From contig NZAZ01000108.1 in NCBI GenBank assembly GCA_002686255.1, positions 3,336-67,335 of the forward strand: a stretch of 64,000 nt of DNA, in the 5' to 3' direction. Made by a program: the position numbers and the translations under genes. Source of the stretch: Rhodospirillaceae bacterium (GTDB taxonomy: Bacteria; Pseudomonadota; Alphaproteobacteria; Rhodospirillales; Casp-alpha2). Positions 37,359 to 44,932 of this stretch are shown here, piece by piece. The notes beneath the pieces are model-generated. The model was not told where the DNA came from, made no database searches, and saw only the letters and a program-made list of their open reading frames with translations. How positions within the stretch are numbered: position 1 is the stretch's first letter; every line of letters starts with the position of its first letter.

Positions 37359-38305
37359 CACGACCTCGATCCGATCGACGGCAAGCTTTCGTCCTTGAGG
37401 CGACACGCCTCGGACCACCGCTCCATAGCCCTCTTTTCTTCTCCCACGAATCGTTTCAGTCGGTTCATGAGATCGTCGAAGTCGACTTGGTGGCCGTCGA
37501 AGTCGGGTCCGTCGACGCAGGCGAACCTGATGCTCCCGCCGATCTTGACCCGGCAGCCGCCGCACATGCCGGTGCCGTCGACCATGATCGGGTTCAGGCT
37601 GACGGTGGTTTTGATGCCGGAAGGACGCGTCGTTTCCGCGCACGCCTTCATCATGATCGGCGGACCGATGGCGACAACCTCGTCGATATCGGCGTGCTTT
37701 TCCATGGCCAACTTGATGCCATCGGTAACCAGCCCCTTGACGCCAACAGAGCCGTCATCGCTGCAAATAATGAATTCGTCGCAGTATTTCCTGAATTTGT
37801 CTTCCCAAAAGACCAATTCCTTATTTCGGAACCCGATGACGCCGATCACATAGGCGCCGCGCTCCTTGAAGGCACGTGCCTGGGGGAAGACCGGCGCCAC
37901 GCCCAATCCGCCACCGACGCAGACCGCCTTTCCGATATCATCGATGTGGCTCGGCTTGCCCATAGGGCCGACGACGCTGAAGAGCTCGGTCCCGGTGTAG
38001 CAGTTCCGCTGCATCTGCTTTGTCGTCTTGCCGACCGCCTGCACGACCAGCGTCACCGTTCCCTTTTCGCGGTCGAAATCGGCGATCGTCAACGGGATGC
38101 GCTCCCCGTGTTCCTCTGGAATGACGATGACGAACTGGCCCGGCTTGGCCGCCTTGGCCATCATCGGGTGACGGAATTCGAGCAAGAAAGTGACGTCCGA
38201 GAAATCCTCTCGCCTCACGATCTCAAAGACGGACTCTTCGTTTACCGCGAGCGCCGGCTTGGAGATTTTGTGCAAGCCTCTCCGGGTTTTCTGCTTGCTG
38301 CCCAT
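37358..38305 (-). CDS. NfnA/SudB-like FAD/NAD-binding [2Fe-2S] subunit (ferredoxin-NADP reductase-like)
   Basis: 315 aa. PGQFVIV...RIPLTIADF FAD barrel, GGGLGVAP NAD fold, C-terminal MCGGCRV...FACVDGP Cys cluster. Confidence 0.8.
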   Translation of the reverse strand: MGSKQKTRRGLHKISKPALAVNEESVFEIVRREDFSDVTFLLEFRHPMMAKAAKPGQFVIVIPEEHGERIPLTIADFDREKGTVTLVVQAVGKTTKQMQRNCYTGTELFSVVGPMGKPSHIDDIGKAVCVGGGLGVAPVFPQARAFKERGAYVIGVIGFRNKELVFWEDKFRKYCDEFIICSDDGSVGVKGLVTDGIKLAMEKHADIDEVVAIGPPIMMKACAETTRPSGIKTTVSLNPIMVDGTGMCGGCRVKIGGSIRFACVDGPDFDGHQVDFDDLMNRLKRFVGEEKRAMERWSEACRLKDESLPSIGSRS

Positions 38306-38483
38306 TTAGATAAGGTCCGGTTCTGTCAACATATTGAAAGTTAATGATATTTTAGGGCCGTCGGCAAGGCTTTAACTTGTGTCAAGTCCGCATTGCAGGC
38401 GAGGAGCCACGGGAATGCCCTCTCAAGGTCCGATCACTTGAGAATGGGTTCGACGAAAAACTTGATCGGCGGCGAAAGGGGCG

Positions 38484-38804
38484 TTACCCGGCTCCCGGTC
38501 TCGGGGCGCAGGGGGCGGTTCTCTTGTGTTCTTCCGACGAATACGGCCCGACGGCGAATTCACATTCGACCGTCACGGCACTTGCGGTCCCGACGACGGA
38601 CTCGCCGGCACGGTGAGAGGGCCCTAAACCGGGGTGATCGAGGTCCCAATGGGTACGGCGGACGATGAAATTCGTGCACCCTTCCTGACCGGGATGCGAA
38701 ATCGTCACGCAGTCGCCGACTTGTGGAACGCCGGGCAATTCGAACATTAGGGTATGATCGGGCTCTTCACCTTCATCAGGGAAGAGCAGGAACTGAACCT
38801 TCAT
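38484..38804 (-). CDS. Hypothetical protein
   Basis: 106-aa ORF between the two oxidoreductase modules. No recognisable family. Confidence 0.4.
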   Translation of the reverse strand: MKVQFLLFPDEGEEPDHTLMFELPGVPQVGDCVTISHPGQEGCTNFIVRRTHWDLDHPGLGPSHRAGESVVGTASAVTVECEFAVGPYSSEEHKRTAPCAPRPGAG

Positions 38805-38834
38805 GGCTCTTTACTCCTATTCGAGGTGTCGCGC

Positions 38835-40466
38835 TCAAATGGTCTCGTGCACCATTTCAATGGCCCCGCACGGGCATTCGGCGGCGCATAGTCCGCATCC
38901 CTTGCAGAAGTCGTAATTGAACTCGAAGCGGTTCCCCGCCCCCAGTTTGATGACCGCATTGTCGGGGCAAACCCCGTAACAGTTGTCGCATTCGAAGCAA
39001 TTGCCGCACGACAGGCACCGCCGGGCCTCGAAAAGCGCGTTGGTCTCGTCGAGGCCGCCATGAATTTCATCGAAACTAGTCTGCCGCCGGATAAAGTCGA
39101 GGGTCGGCTGGGCGGTCTTATCGGCATCGGTGTAATACCAGGTGTTTATCCTTTCGAATTCCGCCAGCGCATGCTTCGGCGGCGGGGCGTAGCGCTCGCC
39201 GCGCAAATAGGCGTCGATATGGCGCGCCGCCTTCTTGCCGTGGCCGACGGCCACCGTGACGGTGCGTTCGGCCGGCACCATGTCGCCGCCGGCGAACAGA
39301 CCGGGATGGCCCGTCATCATGGTTTCATCGACCTCGACCACCCCGTCGTCGGCAATCTTCACCCCGGACACGGCCTCCAGGAAGCGGGTGTCCACATCCT
39401 GGCCGAGGGCCAGGATCAGCGTATCCGCCTCGAGGGTATCGAACTCACCGGTCGGCTGCGGGCGGCCGTGGGCGTCGATCTCCATCTTTTCGACGGTAAA
39501 CATTGTCTCCTCGATCGCCTTGATGGTCCTGAGCCAGTGAATGAGGACGCCCTCGTCTTCCGCTTCGGTGGCTTCGAAGTCGTGGGCCGGCATTTCCTTC
39601 CTGGAGCGCCGGTAGACGATCATCGCCTCGTCGACGCCGAGGCGCTTGGCCGTGCGCGCCACGTCCATGGCCGTGTTGCCACCGCCGTAGACAATCACCC
39701 GGCGGCCGAGCTGCGGCGGTTCGGCGCCGGTCTCCATGTCCTTGAGCACACTGACCGCATCCAGGATCCGGCCCGCCGCGTAGGCCGGAATGTCGATACG
39801 CCTGGCCAGGTGCGCGCCGACGGCAACGAACACGGCATCGAACTTTTCCTTCTCGAAGGCCTCTTCGATATCCTCGACCTTGGTGTCGAGTTCTAGCGTC
39901 ACGCCCAAGTCGAGGATGCGCTGGATCTCGTAATCGAGCACGTCACGCGGCAGCCGGTACTTGGGGATGCCGAAACGCATCATGCCACCGGCCATCGGTC
40001 CGGCCTCGCGGATGGTAAGGGTGTGGCCAAGCCGGGTCAGGTGATAGGCCGCCGAAAGGCCGCTCGGCCCGGCGCCGACGACGAGAACCTTCTTGCCGCT
40101 GGGTTCGGCGTCTATAATCGGCTTCCAGCCGTTTTCCCAGGCGGTGCGGCCGAGGAAACGCTCGATGGCGTGGATGCCGACCGCCTCATCCAATTTGCCC
40201 CGGTTACACGCGTCTTCGCAGGGGTGGTAGCAAACCCGGCCCATGATCCCGGGCATCGGGTTGTCCTGCATCAGCACCTGCCAAGCGCCCTCATAATCGC
40301 CCTCTTCGGCCAAATATAGCCACGCTTGGATGTTTTCCCCGGCCGGGCAGGCGTGATTGCAGGGCGGCAGGTAATCGATATATTCCGGCCGTTCGGTCCG
40401 CCACGATCCGGTCAGGTTGGCGAGGCTGGTGCCGATATCGAGGGTGACGGCAAAGGGCTTCTGCAT
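38835..40466 (-). CDS. GltD-like NAD(P)H flavoprotein fused to a C-terminal 2x[4Fe-4S] (PorD/delta-like) ferredoxin domain
   Basis: Start moved to ATG 40466 (MQKPFAVTLDIG...). Cys clusters CNHACPAGE and CYHPCEDAC, GAGPSGLSAAY and GGGNTAMD folds. C-terminus CLSCGNCFECDNCYGVCP...CKGCGLCAAECPCG. 10 nt after porB. Confidence 0.8.
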   Translation of the reverse strand: MQKPFAVTLDIGTSLANLTGSWRTERPEYIDYLPPCNHACPAGENIQAWLYLAEEGDYEGAWQVLMQDNPMPGIMGRVCYHPCEDACNRGKLDEAVGIHAIERFLGRTAWENGWKPIIDAEPSGKKVLVVGAGPSGLSAAYHLTRLGHTLTIREAGPMAGGMMRFGIPKYRLPRDVLDYEIQRILDLGVTLELDTKVEDIEEAFEKEKFDAVFVAVGAHLARRIDIPAYAAGRILDAVSVLKDMETGAEPPQLGRRVIVYGGGNTAMDVARTAKRLGVDEAMIVYRRSRKEMPAHDFEATEAEDEGVLIHWLRTIKAIEETMFTVEKMEIDAHGRPQPTGEFDTLEADTLILALGQDVDTRFLEAVSGVKIADDGVVEVDETMMTGHPGLFAGGDMVPAERTVTVAVGHGKKAARHIDAYLRGERYAPPPKHALAEFERINTWYYTDADKTAQPTLDFIRRQTSFDEIHGGLDETNALFEARRCLSCGNCFECDNCYGVCPDNAVIKLGAGNRFEFNYDFCKGCGLCAAECPCGAIEMVHETI

Positions 40467-40476
40467 GGTCCGTGCC

Positions 40477-41463
40477 TCAGCCGAGCAAGTCAAACTTTTC
40501 GATGTTGCGGTCGGCGATCTGCTGGATCGCGGCCAGGGCGTCCTTGTCCGGCGGCGAGCGGAACAGGTGGGCGAAGCGCCGCTGCGGCCTGAGATATTCC
40601 TTGACCGGCATTCTGCGGCGGATCGGGGTGACGTCGGTGATCTCGCCGTCTTCGGCCTCGAATAACGGAAACAGTCCCGTCTCCACCGCCAGTCGCGCCA
40701 GCTTGATGGTGTCGCAGGGATCGGACCCCCAGCCCAACGGGCAGGGGACGTGGACGTGGATATAGCGCGCCCCGTCAATGCCCATGGCCTTCGTGACCTT
40801 GGCCTCCAGATCGTGCAGGTCGGCGACACTGGCGGTGGCGACGTAGGGAATGCCGTGGGCCATGGCGATCAGCGGCACGTTCTTGCCCTGCCCGAAGACG
40901 TTGCCCGGCGCATCGCCGACCACCGGCGTCGTCGATGTCCGGGCCGCCGGCGGGGTCGAGCCGGAGCGCTGAACGCCCGTGTTCATGTAGGCTTCGTTGT
41001 CGTAGCAGACGTAGAGCACGTCGTCGTTGCGCTCGAACATACCCGAAAGGCACCCGAAGCCGATGTCCACCGTGCCGCCGTCGCCGCCCTGGGCCAGGAC
41101 CTTGATGTCGTCCTGCCCCTTGGCCCGAAGCGCCGCCCGAACGCCCGTGGCCACGGCCGGCGCGTTTCCGAACAATGAATGCAGCCACGGCACCTGCCAC
41201 GAAGATTCGGGGTACGGCGTCGAAAACACTTCCAGGCAACCTGTCGCATTGACCGCGACCAGGCGGTCGTCCACGGCGCGCATGGTCGCATCGACCACAT
41301 ATCGCGCCCCCAGCGCTTCGCCGCATCCCTGACAGGCGCGATGGCCCGAGGTCAGCGAGTTGCTGCGGTCGAGGGTCGCCTGGACGGTGCGGTTTTCCGC
41401 ATCGAGCAGGCGGTTGCCGACGGTGAGAGTTCCGGTCTGATAGAATTTGACACGCTGTGTCAT
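40477..41463 (-). CDS. porB: Pyruvate (2-oxoacid):ferredoxin oxidoreductase beta subunit
   Basis: 328 aa. CQGCGE Cys motif and the QGGDGGTVDIGF TPP motif. Confidence 0.85.
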   Translation of the reverse strand: MTQRVKFYQTGTLTVGNRLLDAENRTVQATLDRSNSLTSGHRACQGCGEALGARYVVDATMRAVDDRLVAVNATGCLEVFSTPYPESSWQVPWLHSLFGNAPAVATGVRAALRAKGQDDIKVLAQGGDGGTVDIGFGCLSGMFERNDDVLYVCYDNEAYMNTGVQRSGSTPPAARTSTTPVVGDAPGNVFGQGKNVPLIAMAHGIPYVATASVADLHDLEAKVTKAMGIDGARYIHVHVPCPLGWGSDPCDTIKLARLAVETGLFPLFEAEDGEITDVTPIRRRMPVKEYLRPQRRFAHLFRSPPDKDALAAIQQIADRNIEKFDLLG

Positions 41464-41476
41464 CGTTTCTCCCCCC

Positions 41477-41743
41477 AGAGCGGGTCAGGATAGATAGGAA
41501 CCATTTGACCGGGAATATTTTGTCCCGTGGCAAGGCACCCTTCGAAATGCGATGCTTGCGCATCGGATGAGGAGGGTAACGACGCCACGGGGCAAAAGAA
41601 CCCGGCCGAAGGTGGGGCATATCGGCTCCTCGGGTGCGTTGCAACGCTTGCCCGATGCTTTAGCATCGCGCCGCGCGCCACGCCTTCCCGAATGAACCGA
41701 TCTGCTCCCATCAAATTGCTTTCTATCTATCCTGAACCGCTCT
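41477..41743. mobile_element. 267-bp MITE-like non-autonomous element inserted at the porA/porB junction
   Basis: 24-bp terminal inverted repeats: AGAGCGGGTCAGGATAGATAGGAA (41477-41500) against the reverse complement of 41720-41743, AGAGCGGTTCAGGATAGATAGAAA (22/24 identical). Internal hairpins are present. No credible ORF. Confidence 0.65.
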
Positions 41744-42997
41744 AAACCGGCTTGCCGCCGACAAGGCCCATCTCGCGAAGGATGTTCTCCGCAATCGGGC
41801 CTGAACGGCGTTTTTCTTTGCCCCGCGCCAACTCGCGGTCGACGACCTCCCAGTCGAGGTCGAGGAAATGCGGATCGTCGATTTCGTCCGCCGCCGCCTT
41901 GCCGAACGCCTGACGCAACGACGCCTGGGTGATGGCGCGGCCTCCAAGGCCGGCGATGATCGTGTAGATCGGGGTGCTGAGGCCACGCAGGGCCATGCGA
42001 ACGCTGCCGACCACGATTCCGCCGAGACCGTCGGCTAAACATTTCTCGACCACGATGACCCGTTTCGCTTTTTCAAGCTGGGCGCGAAGGGCAAGCATGG
42101 GGAAAGGACAGAACGAAACGACCGTGACGGCGCCGATGGAAACGCCGTCGTCGCGCATCTCGTCGACCGCTTCCTTGATGGTGCCCATGACCGATCCCAG
42201 TCCCACGACCACGGTCTCGGCGTCTTCGGAGCGGTAGAATTTTATCAGCCCTCCCGTTTCACGCCCGAATTGGCGCCCATACTCGGCGGAAAGATCGGGG
42301 ATGACATCGATCGCCCGAAGGTGCTTGTGATGGGCCAGGTAACGGACCTCTGCAAAGGCTTCCGGCCCGACCATGGCGCCGATGGTGACCGGTTCCGACG
42401 GGTCCAGCATCTGCACCGGCTCGAAGGTTGGCAGGTAGGCATCGACCTGCTTGCGGTCAGGCATATCAATTCGTTCGTAGGCGTGGGTGAGAATGAACCC
42501 ATCCACGCAAACCATCACCGGCACGCTCAACTCCTCGGCCAGCCGGAACGCCTGGATGTGCAGGTCGACTGCGTCCTGGTTAGTTTCGGCGTAGAGTTGA
42601 ATCCAGCCGGCATCCCTGAGCGCCATGCTGTCGGAATGATCGTTCCAGATATTGATCGGCGCCCCGATGGCCCGGTTGCCGATGGTCATGACGATCGGCA
42701 GGCCGAGCCCGGCGGCGTTATAGACCGCCTCGGTCATGAACAGCAGTCCCTGGCTGCTGGTGGCGGTGTAGGCGCGGGCCCCCCGGCCGCCGACGCGCCG
42801 ATGGCGACGCTCAGCGCGGCGAATTCCGATTCGACGTTGATGTATTGACAATCCCCCACCTCGCCCAACCGGACGAATTCGCTGAGCCTTTCGACGATGT
42901 GCGTTTGCGGCGTGATCGGGTAGGCGCAGATCACTTCCGGGCGGCAGAGCGTAATCGCCTCGGCAACCGCATGTGACCCTTCCATTTGTTTAAGCAT
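41742..42997 (-). pseudogene. porA: Pyruvate:ferredoxin oxidoreductase alpha subunit, frameshifted in a homopolymer
   Basis: N-part (MLKQMEGSHAVAEAI...ESEFAALSVAIGASAAG, start 42997) and C-part (ARAYTATSSQGLLFM... to 41742) are in different frames. The switch is at the C6/G6 run 42779-42784. The stop codon is supplied by the MITE end. Confidence 0.75.
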
Positions 42998-43019
42998 CGT
43001 CGCCTCCTGGCATCGGTGG

Positions 43020-43580
43020 TCAATTTGTTCTGATCGAATCGTAGGCTTTGGCCGCGGCTCGGGCATTGTCGGCGCCGAGCTTACCGGGGAATTTCTGGCG
43101 GATGGCCGCTTCAACGGACTCGAGCTTCAGCCGGTGCGTCACTGCGGCGAAGGCGCCCAGGAGGGCAGCGTTGGGAACCGGCCGGCCGATATATTTAAGC
43201 GCCCATTTGGTTGCCGCGACAGTGCAGATATGGTGCGGTGGGAACTGGCTCACATAATCGCCGAGGCCCAAGTCCCGGTAGCTCTTGGTCGTGTTGATGA
43301 GAAGATAACCCCGGGTGTCGAGGCCGTTTAACAGGTCTACTTGATGCAGCAACGTCGAATCCTGGACGATCAAGGCATCGGGCATCATGACAGGTTCGCG
43401 CAGGCGAATTTCCTTGTCGTCAATGCGGCAAAACGCCACCACCGGCGCCCCCATCCGTTCCGAGCCGAAGCTGGGAAATGCTTGCGCGTAGTCGCCCTCG
43501 AGGAACGCCGAAATCGACAACATCTCGGCGGCCGATACCGCGCCTTGCCCACCTCTGCCATGTATGCGGATCTGGAAAAT
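43020..43580 (-). CDS. porG: Pyruvate:ferredoxin oxidoreductase gamma subunit, probable AUU start
   Basis: The track ORF (ATG 43523) lacks the conserved IRIHGRGGQGAVSAAE, which is encoded in-frame upstream. The only plausible start is ATT 43580-43578, 5 nt after GGAGG. No ATG/GTG/TTG lies in the open frame. Confidence 0.65.
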   Translation of the reverse strand: MFQIRIHGRGGQGAVSAAEMLSISAFLEGDYAQAFPSFGSERMGAPVVAFCRIDDKEIRLREPVMMPDALIVQDSTLLHQVDLLNGLDTRGYLLINTTKSYRDLGLGDYVSQFPPHHICTVAATKWALKYIGRPVPNAALLGAFAAVTHRLKLESVEAAIRQKFPGKLGADNARAAAKAYDSIRTN

Positions 43581-43718
43581 TCCTGCCTCCGAACTCCTGC
43601 GTAGCCCAGGGGCGGGCCAATCTATGCCCCTCCCAGGCTCAGATTGACGTCATCAATCCTCCGTATCGGCCCCGGCGGGCAGATCCGGCACTCAAGGGTA
43701 ATCTACCGTTCCCGCACC

Positions 43719-44162
43719 ATGGCTTCCTTGACCTGGGTCAACGCCGAGCATGAGGAATGGGCGGTGACGGGAACCTTCACCTTCGCCGACGCCGATCCGG
43801 CGGCGATGACGGGCAAGGGACAGTTGACGTTTAAAAACGGCTGGCTCGGCACCGAAAGCTTCGGCCGGTCGACCTTCGTTCAGGTATCGGTAATCCCGGA
43901 CCAACGATTCGAAGCCGTGGTGCGAAACCTGGCGGCCCAACTTCACCAACGATACGGCGCGCCGGACATGTTGGCCGCCGTCGAAGCGGCCCGCGGCGAA
44001 GCCGAATACGCGGCCGGCCTGTGCGACCATCCCGCCGGCACCTTGCTTGCCATCGAACGGGAATTCACTGAAGACGGCGTGGCCGAAAGGATCCGCGTCA
44101 TCCCGAAAACCGACGCGGGGACGCACGCCCGGATTTGGTCGGTGGAAGAGGATGAGGGATAA
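43719..44162 (+). CDS. Right (C-terminal) copy of the split conserved hypothetical gene, with a replaced N-terminus
   Basis: ATG 43719. Shares the EEWAVTGTF...AAVEAARG core with 29850-30209, then continues EAEYAAGLCDHPAGTLLAIEREF...WSVEEDEG. Confidence 0.6.
   Translation: MASLTWVNAEHEEWAVTGTFTFADADPAAMTGKGQLTFKNGWLGTESFGRSTFVQVSVIPDQRFEAVVRNLAAQLHQRYGAPDMLAAVEAARGEAEYAAGLCDHPAGTLLAIEREFTEDGVAERIRVIPKTDAGTHARIWSVEEDEG
43752..43998. repeat. 247-bp direct repeat, right copy (partner 29919-30165)
   Basis: See the left copy. Confidence 0.9.
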
Positions 44163-44176
44163 AGCCCGAAGGCAAA

Positions 44177-44253
44177 TGGCGCGCCCGAGAGGATTCGAAC
44201 CTCTGACCTCAGGATTAGGAATCCTGCGCTCTATCCGACTGAGCTACGGGCGC
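44177..44253 (-). tRNA. tRNA-Arg (anticodon CCT)
   Basis: The reverse complement folds as a cloverleaf: acceptor GCGCCCG/CGGGCGC, D-arm AGCTCAGTCGGATAGAGC, anticodon stem-loop CAGGA-TTCCTAA-TCCTG, T-arm GAGGTTCGAATCCTC, encoded CCA. Confidence 0.9.
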
Positions 44254-44308
44254 CCGAGGGTGAATCTGCATCCATAGCCCCCTTTAGCGCAAGGATCATC
44301 AAGATGCG

Positions 44309-44866
44309 TTAACGGCTGAAGTGCTTGCCGAGCGGAATGGAGTAATTGACCAGAATCGTTTCCGTCCCCGGGTTGGTATCGACGATGGACGCGTTCGATG
44401 AATGCGAAATGGCGACACCCAGCCGCGCCCGGTTGTCGAAGCGGTAGGCGAATTCGATCTGGGAGCGGAACTCCAGCGCATGGCCAAGGTCCAGGTCGTT
44501 GGTCTTGCCGCGCCAATAGGTCGGCGCGAAGCTGGGGGTGACGACGAATCGGTTGCCGAAATAGACGTCCAGCAGGATGCCGGCGCCGATGAACGACATG
44601 CCGTTGGTCACCCCGGCCACGGTCAGGAAAGGCTTGAAATGCCAGATCTTGAAGTCGGAACGGTAATCGACCCGGAATTCGACGCCTTGGTCCTTTCGCC
44701 GGTTGAAGTCAAAGGCGCCGGCGCCGATGGTCAGGAAAGCGGGGTCGTCGGCATGGGCCGGCCCGGGCGACAAGCCGACTGCCGGAAACACGAACAACAA
44801 AGCGAGAAAGGCCCGTTTCAACACGCTTCTGCCGCCCCCTTCAATGACTTCCCAAAAAACACCCAA
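44309..44866 (-). CDS. Acyloxyacyl hydrolase / lipid A deacylase (PagL-like) outer-membrane protein
   Basis: 185 aa. Signal-like LLFVFPAVGLSPGPAHA, beta-barrel-like alternating pattern, C-terminal ISHSSNA (His-Ser) motif. The true start may be an internal GTG near 44824. Confidence 0.6.
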   Translation of the reverse strand: MGVFWEVIEGGGRSVLKRAFLALLFVFPAVGLSPGPAHADDPAFLTIGAGAFDFNRRKDQGVEFRVDYRSDFKIWHFKPFLTVAGVTNGMSFIGAGILLDVYFGNRFVVTPSFAPTYWRGKTNDLDLGHALEFRSQIEFAYRFDNRARLGVAISHSSNASIVDTNPGTETILVNYSIPLGKHFSR

Positions 44867-44932
44867 ACCTTCCGCATCTTAGGGAAGTTGCCTCCGGATT
44901 CAAGGAATTACGCCCCAAGGTGGGTTGAACGG

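Noticed and set aside
41527-41745. 72-aa plus-strand ORF, with overlapping minus-strand ORFs, inside the porA-porB spacer.
   Set aside because: They lie wholly inside the TIR-bounded 267-bp element, lack an SD and have odd composition. The element is better explained as non-coding.
42779-42784. Programmed ribosomal frameshift in porA.
   Set aside because: There is no slippery heptamer with a downstream structure of the usual kind, and no precedent in this family. Homopolymer length error or mutation is the simpler explanation. It is reported as a finding for read-level verification only.
30166-43751. I looked for an integrase, transposase, or conjugation/phage genes that would make the 13.6-kb block a classical genomic island.
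   Set aside because: None was found. Every ORF is metabolic or unknown. The block is therefore described only by its repeat and split-gene footprint, not called an integrative element.
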